From positions 155,744,001 through 155,808,000 of the forward strand of contig OX597816.1 of assembly GCA_951406725.2 (NCBI GenBank): a DNA stretch of 64,000 nt, read 5' to 3'. This DNA is from Octopus vulgaris (Eukaryota). Below the pieces are notes generated by a model. The model saw only the letters and a program-made list of their open reading frames with translations, was not told the DNA's origin and did not search any database. This document shows positions 12,696 through 27,194 of this stretch, piece after piece; position 1 is the first letter of the stretch, and each line of letters starts with the position of its first letter. Both the position numbers and the translations under genes were made by a program.

Positions 12696-15009
12696 ACCTG
12701 CTCCAGAATGATCTGGCATTTATTTATGTCTTATATCTAGGGGAAAAAGTAGGATTTATGTTCAATTTTCAAAACAAAGACAAAGAAACAAATATAAGAA
12801 ATATGAATTCACAGAGAATGAACCTACTGCCCAATATATTATCTACCAGCAATTTTGCTTTTTGCTAACAAAGTTAATAATTCTGTCCCATACATAAACA
12901 GCATAGAATGTGACATTTTGTGATCAGTGTATATTCCCAACTCAGATATGTAGACATTACAAACCAAAAAGGGAAAATTCTCAGCCAATTTAGATGATAT
13001 TTTTGGACAATTTCATAACTCAAAGTATGATATTGTAGCCAGGGAATCAGCAGTTTGTAGCCTACCATTGGAAATGTGCAAGTGTCTATGGCTAATCTTC
13101 AAATTGCTTTGTTGATGTACTACCATGTAGAAAGACTTCTTATCTTTAAGCAGTGAGACTTATGGGTAGGGTATAAAAAGGGCTGGGTTCTACCAGACTC
13201 ATGTACTCTCCCAGACAGATACAAAAAGAAAAAAATTAAGATTTCAATGATGAATTTACTTCAGAATAAGATACCTAATTCACTATGTTACACTGTTTCC
13301 ATCACATTGGTAGTGTAACAGAAAGAAATTTGGGAAATATTTAATCATACTTAGTTCTGTTTTCCATCATCATCATCATCATCGTTTAATGTCCATTCTC
13401 CACGCTAGCATGGGTTGGACGGTTCAACCGGGATCTGGGAAACCAGAAGGCTGCACCAGGCTCCAGTCTGATCTGGCAGTGTTTCTACAGCTGGATGCTC
13501 TTCCTAACGCCAACCACTCCGTGAGTGTAGCGGGTACCAGGTGAGGCTGGCAACGGCCATGATCGGATTCATGCTTTTTACGTGCCACCGGCACAGAAGC
13601 CAGTCAAGGCGTCGCTGGCATCGGCCATGTTCTGATGGTGCTTTTTACGTGCCACCGGCACTTCATCAGGACTGACTTTATTATTTTTGTTTTCTAATTT
13701 TCAGTGGGCAAGAAGACATTGATAAAAACATATCACATTGAGGGGTTCCAGAATTGAATTAACTACAGACTTAACCTACAGGTTAGTAAACTTGTGCTTA
13801 TGTAAGTAACACTATCCATTTTATGTTTAGTATAACTTATTTTGATAAACTAATATGTATCAGTAACTTTTATATAATGTTGCAGCAGCAGCATAAGTAA
13901 TCGTATATCTGATACTTAGACAAGTTCATGACATTACATTGATTAAATTATCGACTATTTCAGGAATTCGTGACTTAGCAAACTAGTAGTAAATCCATTT
14001 ATACAAATAACTGAGGGCTTCATTTCATGTGAACTTTACACAGTTTGAAACAATTTATATAATACTTTACACGTTTGTTATAGACTATTTGTCTAGAAAA
14101 TTCCGTCTGGTAAGAAGTTATGTATCTGACACGCCAAGTTGCCAACAGCAGTTTCAGTTTCAGGCTGAGTATTTGAAATTATTTGTGCTACCAAATTTCT
14201 GGCATTAATCTTGAATACAACTTGTTTTAAAAAGTTTTTAACTTCTCTAAGAATAGGCTGTGAGGTAAGAATTTTGCATTGTTACAAGTGTGGTTGTGTG
14301 GTATGAAGTTTGCTCTTCTCAATCACATGGCTCCATATTCAGTCCTAATGGACAAATGTCTTCTATTATAGCCCAGAGCACATTGGGAAAACTGTCTTCT
14401 ATTATAGCCCTAGGCACAATGGGCAAATGTCTTCTATTATAACCTTGGACCAGCCAAAGTCTTGTGAGTGGATTAGGCAGACAGAAACTGAAAGAAGCCA
14501 GTCATATATGTATACATATGTGTGTGTGTGTGTGTGCATATATTTATGTGTGTGTGTGTGTTTTGTGTTTGTATTTGTCCTCCATCACTGCTTGCCAATT
14601 GTTGTTGGATCATTCACATGCCTGTAACTTAGCACATTAGCAAAAGAGACCGACAGAATTATTACCAGGCATAGAAAGAGAAAGAAAAAAGTGCTAGCGT
14701 TAATTCGTTTGACTAAAACCCTTCAAAGCAGTGCTCCATCATAGCTGCTATCCTATGACTAAAACAAGTAAAAGCTAAATGATTAAAGAATGATGACAAT
14801 GACATAATTCAAAATGGGGAAAGTCTAAAGTAAATATTATAACTTAATTGATATGCACTGCTCCTGTATGGCCTGTGCCATAAGAATTAAAACAAATTTA
14901 AGATATATTCTTTTACTTATTTTTGTCAATGGCCTGCAGCCATGCTGAAGCAATACTTTCTAGGATTAGTTGACAAAATTGACCCTAGGACTTACTTTTT
15001 TTACATCTG

Positions 15010-16626
15010 GTTCCCCGATCCCTTGTCTGGTGGTCAGTGTGGAAACTAAGGATAGACAAGTGGTTGGTGAGGAGTACAAGTCTTGTGCAAAGATGCTACC
15101 AGTGAGATGAGGGTGGGTAATGAGTACAGTGAGGAATTCAGGTTACAAGTAAGGGTTCACCAAGGATCGGTGTTCAGCCCCCACTTCTTCATCATAGTCC
15201 TCCAGTAACCAAGGAATTCAAGAAGGCTGCCCCTGGGAGCTCCTCTATGCTGATGACCTTGCTCTTATAGCTGAATCATTACCAGAACTAGGGAAGTTCC
15301 AGGTATGGAAGCAAGGTCTAGAATAAAAGGACCTTAGAGTTTACTGAGCAAAAACCAAAATAATAGTCAGTAGGAAGGCAAACAAATTTCAAATCTCTTC
15401 AGTTAGATAGCCCTGCACAATGTGTTGAAAAGGTGTAGGTAGAAACTCCATAAAATGCACCCAGTGTAAGCTTAGGACACATAAAAGGTGCAGCAACATC
15501 AGAAGGTGGTTTACAGGGAAATTAGTTTTTGTATGTGGAAGATGCACAGGTACAATAATCGCTAAAAATGTGCAGAACATAGATTCCATCAACTGCCAGG
15601 GAGACAAGCTAGAGCTAGTAAATAGCTTCCATTATCTAGGCGACCAAGTTAGTAGTGGATGTGAATGCTCCAAGAGCGTAGCTGTGAGAATAAGATTAGG
15701 CTGAGCAAAGTTCAGAGATCTCCTACTCCTGCTGGCAACAAAGAGACTCTCTCTCAGAATGAAAGGCAGATTGTTTGATGCCTGTCTGCGAACAACTATG
15801 ATGCATGGCAGTGGAACATGGGCTATAACAGCCGAGAACATGCATAGGCTTGAAAGAAACAGAGCCAGTATGCTTCACGGGATGTGCAATGTTAGTGTGC
15901 ATATTCAACAGAGTGTAAGCGTCTTGAGAGAAAAGTTAGGCATAAGAGGGATCAGATGTGATGTACAAGAGAGATGATTGCACTGGTATGGTTATGTGAT
16001 GCATATGGATGAAGACAGCTGTGTAAAGAAGTGCTGATCTCTAACTGTGGAGGGAACCTATGGTAGAGGTAGACACAGGAACACATGGGACGAGGTGGTG
16101 AAGCATGATCTTTGAACTTTGAATCTCACAAAGGCAATGACTAGTGACTGAGACCTCTGGCAATGTGCTGTGCTTGAAAGGACCTGTCAAACCAAGTGCA
16201 TCAGTGCTAGTGGCATGTAAAGAGCATTTATTGAGCATTGGGCCACACGGAGGCAGAGTGGCTGAGTTCTTTTTGAGTGATGGGCTTCACGGAGGCAATG
16301 ACCAAGACCTTTGGCATTATGTCATGCTTGAGAAAAAGACCCATTAAGCCAAGCAAAATCATAGTCATGACAAATACTGGTGTCACACAAATTGGTACCC
16401 ATACTGGTGACATGTAAATGCACACTAGTGCCATGGAAATGACACCTATGCCAGTGGCATGTAAAAGCACCTATTACACACTTGGAGTGGTTGGCATTAG
16501 GAAGGGTATCCAACCATAGAAAACCTTGCCAAATCAGACTGGAGCCAGGTGCAGCCTTTCAGCGTACCAGCCCAGTCAAACCGTCCAGCCCATGCCAGCA
16601 TGGACAATGGATGTTAAATGATGATA
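15010..16626 (+). mobile_element. Degenerate RTE LINE copy (same family)
   Basis: ctctatgctgatgac (LYADD), KGRLFDACLRTTMMHGS, 3'UTR and gttaaatgatgat tail; many stops. Confidence 0.88.
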
Positions 16627-18214
16627 GTACTCAATCTCTTTGTCTTTTTTATTCAACTGTTGAGTTAAAGGGATGTAAAGAAACCAACAGGATATCAACA
16701 GGATGTAAACAAACCAAAGGAATGTAAACGAACCAACTCACACGGCATTGGCTAGCCCAAGGCTTTAGTTGAAGACACCTATTCCAGATGTCATGAAGAT
16801 TTAGCAACAATTTTTCTTCCCCACTTTTTTTTTTTTGCTTTCACAGTTGAAATCTCTTAATGGTGTTTGATTTTTTTTGTTCACCTTCACTCCAAGATTG
16901 ATAAAATAGGTACCAGATTTCTATTGCTTCTCAATGAAGGGATTTAATACTTGAAAATAAACTGCTGTATCCCACTAAAAATCACTCTTTGCTGTTATTA
17001 TAAAGAACTCCTTGGATAATGCAGGCCAAGGACACTATTCTTGAACATGTGTCTGGAATGCATAATATGGCTTGAATGTATCTGAATATGGTTCTGTACA
17101 GTCAGAGCTGACCTGGAGTTAAAAAGCAACAAACAAAACTTAAACATGCGCTGATGTAATTAAATAAATAAGTAAATAAATAAATAACAGAATAAATAAA
17201 ATTTATATAAAATTTTGTTCAGTTGTTCACTGTTCAGATCTCACTGGATCACTTTCATCTTTCAGGGCATGGCTGTGTGGTTAGGGAGCTTGCTTCCTAG
17301 CTATATGGATTCGGGTTCACTCCCACTGCGTGGGACTTTGGGTAGGTGTCTTCTGCTATAGCCGAGCCAACCGAAGCTTTGTGATTGAATTCGGCAGGCG
17401 GAAGTTACTGCCGTGTGTGTATATGTACGTGTAGGTGCTTGTGCCTCTCCGAAAGAGAGAGAGAGAGGGATGCTGGCAAAATTAATTTCTAACTTGGAGC
17501 AACACTGCACCTAAGTCCCATTTCTAATAATAGTAAATTCAGTTTAGCAAAACTCGATACTTGATTGGTCTTTATCTTATCAGAAATAAGGTGTAGGATA
17601 TCACTAAACAAAAAGATGCCTTGCAACACACCACAAGGCACTTCATCCAATGTCCTACCAATTCCACTTACACACCATCATTTGATGTTGATAATATTAA
17701 TACTAATAACTGAATTAGCTGTGTTGATTCTAATTACTCCCCTACAAAACTTGGTCTTAAGCATAGTTGACTTCAGAGTGAAAACTACCGACACTGTAGG
17801 TTTCTAAAGTTAGACACATTTATATTAATTAGTCTTAATCAATCCAGTTCTAGTTAGCTCTCAAGAACACTCAAACAATGACTCACAGGAATGTATTCCC
17901 AGGATTCTGTTGTTCTTATGGGAGAATAAGAATGAGGTGAAGGAAACAAGATCTGAAGAAACAATAAAAAAAAAAAGCAAAAAGGCATCTTGACAATTAA
18001 TGTTCTTTGTAATTAGTGAGTAATATTTCTCTCTTCGCCCAACTTGATTGATCAATTTAAACCAAAACCCATATAAACTTCATATGCAGTATATATACTC
18101 ACCTACTCAAAAAACACCCATATGTCAGTTCTTTATTCATGTAATGAGTTTTTGTTCTAATGTATAAAAGAAGGCATTTATATATGTGTGTGAGTGTATA
18201 CGTGTATATGTATA

Positions 18215-18712
18215 CAAGGGATGTTTATTAAAGATTTCTCCTAATCCACTTCCCAAGGACTGGGATAAATGAAACTTGGCATAATTATTAGTCTTTTGCT
18301 ACATAGCCACCACCAATGGTGACACACTTCTCCCATTGCTTTATGCAGCTGTGAAGACTTCATCTGTAGAAGTCAGTAGGTTGTGTCAGGAGCCAAGACT
18401 TTACCACGAAATAAGTTCATCATCATCTGAAAAGTAATTCTCCTTTAAAAAAGACTTCATGGTTGGAAAGAGGTGAAAGTCAGATGATGTGAGGTCAGCA
18501 GAGTAATGAGGATGGATTTCATAGCTGCAGGAGTGAGCTTTCATCTGGGCAACACGTGCATTGTGAACTGGGGCTGTGTCTTGGAGGAGGCGGACTCTTT
18601 TGGTCAGCATACCATGCCTCTCTGCCTCAATGGTACCCTACAATTTCTGCAGCAGGGAAGCATAATATTCCCCTTAATTGTGGTGCCCTTTGCCAGAATA
18701 TGTCAATGTCAC
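18215..18712 (-). mobile_element. Mariner (DD34D) transposase 3' half relic
   Basis: VRLLQDTAPVH..HPHYSADLTSSDFHLFPTMK. Confidence 0.8.
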
Positions 18713-19989
18713 CAGCCCCCTTCCACATGCACATACACACTCTCACATACACATGCACACGCACCTTCGTTTTGAGAACACTACTACTTTATTATCTCCC
18801 CTTCATCCTAGCTCTCCTGTGTGACCCCTTGGTCCGGCATTTGCCATGATAGATCGCTAGCCACTATACATTTTTCTATTTTCTCTCCCTGTTTATTTCT
18901 GTGTTCCTTTCTGTCAAAGAGTGTAGGTTAAAACTGTAAAAGACTTTCTCACTTCCCGAGCGTTAAACAAACATATCTGTTTGCTGTTTACACACCCGTC
19001 TTCATCTTTTGTTTTTTGTAAATTCTCATTTAATAATATATTTACCCACTACTGAAGGTGAATAATACACATCTATGTGTGTATTTTTTTTTGTGTGTGT
19101 GTGTGTACATACAGCTTTTATCTCTTATATTGTACTTGTTCCAGTCATTAGACTGTGGCTATGCTGGTGCACTGCCTTAAAAATGTTTTAGTCAAGTGAA
19201 TCAACCCCAACATGTATTTTTTAAAGCCTGGTATTTATTCTATCAGTTTCTTTTGTCAAACCACTAAGTTGTTGAGCAGTGGTGGGAGACAAACACAGAA
19301 ACAAAGACACACACACACACACACACACACACATCTATGAAATCTCACAATGCTTTGGTTGATTTGGGGCTTTAGTACAAGGCACCTGTCCACTGTGCCA
19401 CATTATGGGCCTGACCCAGTACATGTGGTTGTGAAGCAAACTTCTCACCATGAATTTATACATACACATACATATATACACATACACATGCATCACTTAG
19501 TGATGTTCTAAACAAGCTCAGGCTCAATATTCGAGCTATGTTAAAGTCTTGTATTTCTACAATGTAATCTATAGTCACATACAAGGTATTTGGGCTAAAT
19601 CTGTTCATGAACACCTTGAAGTATTGGGGAACAGTTAATGTTGTTGGAGATACTAAAAATTAATGTTGTAGTTGGGAAAATGTTAGCTGACATGGAGCAC
19701 TGGAAGCCATCTGAATACTGTAAAAGAGTTACCTGTATCATGATAATTTGCACCAGGTATCAATATCCCAACCTGCCATTCAAGAATTTGGACCTGGAGA
19801 TCTCCATTTCCAGCGACTTCAAGGGCCACCTCCCAGTGGTGTCGGGCATCAATGAAGAGCCCTCGACTACAACAAGACGACCAAAGTATTTTTTTTTTCC
19901 AAGGTCTGTGGTCTCCCGCCCCTAAGCCCTAGACCATCACCTAATCACCCTTACCCGTCTTGTTGCTTAACAACAACTACAAAAAATAC

Positions 19990-20603
19990 CAACCTCATGG
20001 ACTGCTGCTTAGGGCTCTATGAACGCTGTAAAGGCTGTAAGAATGTTATGGACAGCTGCAAGGGAGTCTATGAAGCTGTAGCCATCAGACAGCAATACAA
20101 CAGGCATTCTGACTGTGTCTACACACCGGAATTCATCCCCACATCTTTGAACAGGGCCTTAGGCTCAGTGAAGATGGTTATGGGAAGCTGCTGGAAAATG
20201 TGATCAATATCTGGTTCGAGAGGGCTGTTGCTAGAAGGCCATATGTGTGGCAGAAGGGTTTGGCTTCTTACCATAGTTGTTAGAGAATTTCTATGATTTC
20301 ACCAGCCTCAATTTCTGGCTTCTTGATTCCCCTTATTTTAATCTCATGGATTACTGTATGTGGGGCATAATTAAGAAGGACACCAGCCACTCAACCTGAA
20401 ATACCTAGGTCAAGCTAGTGGCCAAGATCAAGGAGGTGTTTGAAGATCTTCCCAAGGACTCAGTGAGCAATGTGTGCACCAGGTCCTGGAGCCATCTTGA
20501 GACTGTGGTGGATGCTGAGTACAACTTCTTTGTATAAACTGTTATCTCCCAGCCATAATCTATTTTTGGATAGGTTATTGTGCTTTCTTTTCTGAGCACC
20601 CTG
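19990..20603 (+). mobile_element. Decayed maT/DD37D-like transposon 3' part
   Basis: RRPYVWQ..FW..DSP..NLMDYCMWG; ends gagcaccctg-TA like the 9.4-kb element. Confidence 0.6.
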
Positions 20604-21923
20604 TAATGTGAAAAATTATTAAAACAATCCATATGCAAAACTCAGAATATCAAAAAATTGTTTTCTGTGTTTCACATGTGCGTGTGTGTGTGCATGCATG
20701 TGTGTGTGTGTGCATGCATGTGTGTGTGTGTGTGTGTGTTTATATTTATCTTCTACTTGTTTCAGTCATTAGACTGTCGCCATGCTGGGGCACTGCCTTG
20801 AAGAAGTTTTAGTTGAATGAATCAACTCTAAGGCTTACATTTTTTAAAGCCTGGGACTTATTCTATTAGACATTTTTACCAAACTGCTAAGCTGCAAGAA
20901 TGTAAACATACCAACATCAGCTATTAAGTGATGATGGGGGACAAATAGAGGTATAAATCACTCACACATATGCACACACACAAACACACACACACATATC
21001 TGCACCTATACTGGCTGTAAAAAGCACCTACTACACTCTCTTGGAGTGGTTGGCATTAGGAAGGGCATCTATCTGTCGAAACATTGCCAAATCAGATTGG
21101 AGCCTGGTGCAGCCACTGGCTTTCCAGACTCAGTCAAACCATCCAACCCATGCCAACATGGAAAACAGACATTAAATGATGATGATATATATATATAAAT
21201 ATAATATATATTATATTCTGTTGTGTCTGGGGAGAGTAATTTTCTTTTTGTGCCTTATAATATAACACATTCACTGGTAAAATTTCCACTTTTTTCTTAT
21301 TTTTATTTTCCTAAAATTTTCGCTGCATCTTGCAACCTTTACAGACACAACAGAATATGCTTCAACACTCGAACTCATATAAAGAATCTTGCAAACCAAA
21401 TCCCAAAACGAAATATATATGATATATATATATTTGCATATATACATATATATATATAAACATATGCCACCCTACTGGCACTTGTGCCGGTGGCACGTGA
21501 ACAAAACATTCAAGCGAGATCGTTGCCAGTGCCACGGGACTGAATCCTCTGCAGGTGGCACGTAAAAAACACCATTTGAACGTGGCCGTTGCCAGTACTG
21601 CCAGACTGGTCCTCGTGTTGGTGGCATATAAAAGCACCCACTACACTCTCGGAGAGGTTGGCATTAGGAAGGGCATCCAGCTGTAGAAAATCTGCCAGAT
21701 CAGACTGGAGCCTGGTGCAACCATCTGGTTTGCCAGACCTTGTTCAAATCGTCCAACCCATGGTAGCATGGAAAGCGGACGTTAAACGATGATGATATAT
21801 TTATATATATGTATATATGCATATAATTTCAGCAAAGCAATTTAGATTTAAATGAATATGGTACTTAGCTTAGATGCACCAGAATTTTTTTATGGTATTA
21901 CCCTGAAAATTATGTGGGGTGAT

Positions 21924-22185
21924 TATAACCAAAAAATAAGCAACAAGAATGGATCAGTAGTTTAGTACTATTGTTTCATACTATAACAATTTATTAATAG
22001 CCAGATGTATTCATTCTTACTATGTAAGGGGATATCCTTAGAGGAAAACTAAATATAGAGTTTTCCCCTAAGGATATCCCCTTACATAGTAAGGATGAAT
22101 ACATCTGGCTATTAATAAATTGTTATAGTATGAAACAATTGTACTAAACTACCGATCCATTCTTGTTGCTTATTTTTTGGTTATA
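21924..22185. repeat. Near-perfect ~260-bp palindrome
   Basis: ~127-bp arms with few mismatches; 8-nt loop at 22051-22058. Confidence 0.95.
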
Positions 22186-22519
22186 TATGCATATATATAT
22201 TATGTCACTAACAGTAAACAATGTGAAATACAAAAACAAATGTGTTTAATATGCAAACAACAAGAGAAACAAATAAAAAAAAAGGACAAGTAACACAAAG
22301 AACAACCCTTCATCAGTTGATAGCTGTTTAGCTACTCCTCCTTTTGAGCACTGAACATCAATATGAGTCTTCGAAGACAGTTGCTCCCATAAGTATCAAA
22401 ATAACATTTGGGATTTATGGGGGGTGGGGGGTCAAAGATGGGAACAAAAACAGGACAGTGGAGACATACAAGGAAACTGAACAAAAACAGTGGGAGGAAA
22501 AACCCAGCATCTACTTACT

Positions 22520-23310
22520 CCCTCCACAACACTAACCTCAAAAAGTCTTCGTATGAACGTGACCTGGGCATTATTGTCAATAGCAATTTGCGTTGGACAA
22601 AACACATCGCTAAAATTGCCAAGAAGGCTGAGGGTGTCTTGGCATCACTCACCAAGTCCTTTGTGAGTCGCTCTCCGGCTATCTATCTGCGGCTTTATAT
22701 AGCTATGGTACGACCTCACCTGGAATTTGCATCACCGGTCTGGAACCCCTATCTTGCCCGGGATATTAATCGTCTGGAAGCCGTTCAGCGACATGTAACC
22801 AAGAGAGAACCCTCCATCAGGCATTTGCCATATTCCGAATGCCTTATTTCCCTGGGCATGGACACATTGAAACTCCGACGTCTGGCAGCTGACTTGGCAG
22901 ACACCCATAAAATTATCAACCATCGTACAAACAATAACTCTGAGCACCTTTTCAAACTCCACCTGTCTAACACCCGTGGACATGTTTACAAAGTCAGAAA
23001 ACAACACAGCTCCCATGACTTTCGGAAACATATTTTTCATGCTAAGAGTTGCTGAAGTATGGCACAGACTGCCGGCATCAGTTGTTAGTTGTTGAAGCAC
23101 TGCATCCTTCAAAACTTCCATGCTTCCTGAGATTCGCCAACACTACACCTGCTTTACTCCCCTCCATACACATGCAAGCATGTATCTGACTCATGCGCTA
23201 TTCACTTCCCAGACACTTGTACATTATTGCATATGCTTTATACACACTTTCTGACAAGTTGTGGTGCACCTGAGCACTGTATACAATAATTTCATTATTA
23301 TTATTATTAT
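22520..23310 (+). mobile_element. CR1-clade LINE 3' end with (TTA)n tail
   Basis: ERDLGIIVNSNLRW..LYIAMVRPHLEFASPVWNP..LEAVQR..LKLRRLAADL..TRGH, the typical CR1 ORF2 C-terminus. Confidence 0.88.
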
Positions 23311-24427
23311 TTTTATGGAGGGTCATTAGACCACACACACACAAATTTATAATGAAAAATGAGTGGATATATCAAATTAAATGAAGGCAAATCAACAGTG
23401 AAGCATAGTGCACGTTTTGGCTTCGCAGTATAATTTTAAATTTTCAGGTAAATCAACCATTCAAATCAGTGGTGAAGGCCAAGCTGAAGGAGCAAATTGC
23501 TGGCATCTGGCAATCCTAAGAATCCAAGTATGTATCCAAGGAGTAATTGGCTGCAGGCAATTATAGTAATAAAGATGAACTGAATAGATGTTTCAAGTAC
23601 CACTAGAAATGTTTCCATATAAGAATTTTAGTAACACAGGACATCATTACAATTAGGCACATAACATTCTGCAAGATTATATAATGTTATATAATATCAT
23701 GTTTTATATAATAAATGCCACTTCTTCGGGTAATACTCCCTTAGATGTTGTTATTTTAGGTGATACTCTACCAGCAGAAGTATAGCAGCATACTATTGAA
23801 AGATATTGATTCGAGGGATTTAGAAATGATGTGAGAGTATATTGGACTACTGACCAATTTAATCCTTTAAGTTTGCATGCTAAACAGATTCATCATGTGC
23901 ATTAATCAATGAGCACCCACTACACTCTTGGAGTGGTTGGTGTTAGGAAAGGGGGCATCCAGCTGTAGAAACCTTGGCAGATGAGATTGGAGCCTGGTGC
24001 AGCTTCGTGGCCTGCCAGTCCTCAGTTAAACCGTCCAACCTATGCCAGCATGAAAAGTGGATGCTAAAAATGATGATGATGATGGAGAAGAAGAGAATTA
24101 GAAGAAGAGGAAAAGAAGAAGGGGGGATTGGTTATAAATTAGTTCTGTTTCCTGGCCGTGAATAAGGGTGAGAAGATGATAGATTGCCATAGATAAAGAT
24201 CAGCAATAGCATTGGATCTTCCTTAACAATAATAGCCATTAATGGCTTTGTAACAGACATAAACCAGAGGGAAAGGTGCCAGACTGAATTATCCAGACTA
24301 ATTTTTGCATGTTTATATGAGGGAATATTTATATAATAGTTTCATAATGTTTTAATGTCCATGGGTGTTATTAGGTTGGCAGATAATGTATGTAGTAAGG
24401 CAGTGTGTAACCATGCATGTATTCATA

Positions 24428-24467
<40 letters not shown>

Positions 24468-24924
24468 ATGTAGAGATCAAGTTAGAAGATTTCGTATCAT
24501 TTTCCTTGGAGCCTGGTGCAGCCATCTGGCTTGCCAGTTCTCAGTTAAACCATCCAACTCAGACAGCCTGGAAAGTGAACATTAAACGATGATGATGATG
24601 ATCAAGTAACTAAGCAAAATTTTAAAATTTTACAAGAATAGAAGAGAAAATTAATTGTTTACTCTGGACTAAACCACTATACTCTGACCAGAGCCTTGTG
24701 AGTGGATTTGGTCGACAGAAACTGAAAGAAGCTTGTTGTATGTATATATATCATCATCATCATTATCATCACTTAAATTCTGCCTTCCATGCTGGCATGA
24801 GTGGGACAGTTTGACAGGAGCCGACCAGGCAGAAGCCTGCACTAGATTTCTGTGACTGTTTTGGCAGAACTTTTACAGCCAGATGTCCTTCTGAACAGAA
24901 CACCACCCACTCAGCAGAGAGGAC

Positions 24925-24976
<52 letters not shown>

Positions 24977-25408
24977 CATGTGTATATATATATATATATG
25001 TGTGTGTGTGCGCATGTGTCTTTTTGTGTCTGTGTTGAAAACAGGTGTTGGTATGTTTACATCCCCATAACATAAAAGAGTACTGAGGATGATTCATTCA
25101 GCTAAAATTTCTTCAAAGCTGCCCCAGCATGGCCACAGTTTAATGACTGAAACAAGTAAAATATAAAATATATATATAAACATCCACCTCTATACACACA
25201 CATACATGGATGCATATATGTATATACATACATATATATATACACACATCAACACTAGGACTTATTTCTTAAACTTAGTATTTATTCTATCAGTGTCTTT
25301 TGCTGAACTGCTAGGTTACAGGGACATAAAAACCCCAGCACTGGTTGTCAAGCATTAAAGTGGCATAAGGACAGACACAAAGACATAAATACATACATAC
25401 ATACATAC

Positions 25409-25454
<46 letters not shown>

Positions 25455-25676
25455 TGAGTGAATCTACCATGCATGAACATGTACCTCCTTGTGACAATGT
25501 AGACTTTCATTTAATCAAGATATCCTTGGCCTGAAGAGAAGCCTGCAGTATACACCTCACTTGGATATTTACCAATTCCGAGGTTCCTCTTGGTATGAAC
25601 CATATGAAGGCCGGATCTTATCTACTCCATTCTTTAATTCTCGTATATATATATATATATATATATACACATACAC

Positions 25677-25898
25677 ACAAGTATAAGGTGTTATGAGCAT
25701 TTATAGAACACAGTCCTATATAAACTTGACAAACAATTAAAGATGAAGTAGAGAAGGTGTTAAAAGTTTTATAAAATTTAAATCAACGAAAAAACATTTT
25801 ATAAACCTTTTAGCATCTTCTCTTCTCCATCTTTAATTGTTTGTTGTGTTTATATAGGACTGTGTTTTATAAATGCTCATAACACACCTTATACTTGT
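25677..25898. repeat. ~220-bp imperfect palindrome
   Basis: acaagtataaggtgttatgagcattt / aaatgctcataacacaccttatacttgt. Confidence 0.9.
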
Positions 25899-26027
25899 AA
25901 AATTTTCATATTTTTAATAAAATACTTGCAATAACAAGCTACAAATTTACTATGAAGAATCTTTATTAGAAATCTAACTTTGGACCTCTCCAATGTAAAA
26001 TTTATTCTAATTGAACTCAAACCTTTT

Positions 26028-26071
<44 letters not shown>

Positions 26072-26089
26072 CATACATACATACATACA

Positions 26090-26125
<36 letters not shown>

Positions 26126-26289
26126 TATATATGTATACATATACATACAATGGGCTTCTTTCAGTTTCTGTCTACCAAATCCACTCACAAGGCTTTGGTT
26201 GCCCTGGGGCTCTAATAGCAGACACTTGCCCTAGGTGCCATGCAGTAGGACTGAACCTGGAACCATGTAGTCAAGAAGGAAGCTTCTTA

Positions 26290-26528
26290 ATTCTTCATTG
26301 CCCACAAGGGGCTAAACACAGAGAGGACAAACAAGGACAGACAAACGGATTAAGTCGATTATATCAACCCTAGTGCATAACTGGTACTTAATTTATCGAC
26401 CCCGTAAGGATGATAGGCAAAGTTGACCTCAGTGGAGTTTGAACTCAGAGCATAATGGCAGACGAAATACCACTAAGTATTTCACCCGGTGTTCAAACGT
26501 TTCTGCCAGCTCGCCATAGTTGGATGGT
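26290..26528 (-). mobile_element. SINE (MetaSINE-like central domain) with 17-bp TSD; related copy 52937-53165 (+)
   Basis: TSD aagaaggaagcttctta at 26273-26289 and 26529-26545; tcatcc..ggggtcgataaattaagtacc motif; empty site in duplicate B1. Confidence 0.8.
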
Positions 26529-26944
26529 AAGAAGGAAGCTTCTTACCACCCAACTATACCTGTGCCTACATATATATGTTTCTTGATTTCAGTATTTATT
26601 CATAAATATCGATACAGAGAAACACAGCCACCATGTTTTCACATACAATAGAAACAATGTGGGAAAGTGAGTGAGAGAGAGAGAGAGAGAGAGAATGAGA
26701 GACAGAAAGACAGAGGGTTTTATGTGAATATTTCAAGGCATGAAAAATGTGAATATTTTATATACATAGACATACACACACACATACAAATGTACATACA
26801 TATAAACGTACATCATACACACACATAATTAGTGTAAAGCATTTAATTGCTTCTTTAGTTGTGGATTAACTTGTCCTCACATACACATTACACAAACATT
26901 CCCACACTCACACATTCACACACTCACACTCACACACATGCCCT

Positions 26945-27130
26945 TATAAACTGAGACGTGTGAGCTTATGACTAGCAGATAGCCAAGAATCAGAACATAA
27001 TTGTTAAATGTTACAATGAGCTGCTAACATTGACATCTACTGAAGCCTCTAGAATAGATCTGAGTAAACTGGGTGGATTTTCTCTCATTTCTCACTTCAC
27101 ACTTGAAAACATAACTGAATAACAGTAAGT
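26945..27130 (+). promoter_or_regulatory. Candidate promoter and non-coding first exon of the FKBP gene
   Basis: The ATG exon has an acceptor, so an upstream UTR exon is needed. TATAAA (26945) and donor GTAAGT (27125) both recur in the duplicate block (57999, 58183). Confidence 0.35.
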
Positions 27131-27194
27131 CTGTGTTTCATTTTTTTCATGTGTTATTGCTGTGTTTAGCCTGATGTCATTATACAATTTAAAA

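Noticed and set aside
25520-25615. Further hammerhead candidates (CTGAAGA here; also ~37985, ~43605, ~50890)
   Set aside because: GAAA or the cleavage triplet is missing; too degenerate to support.
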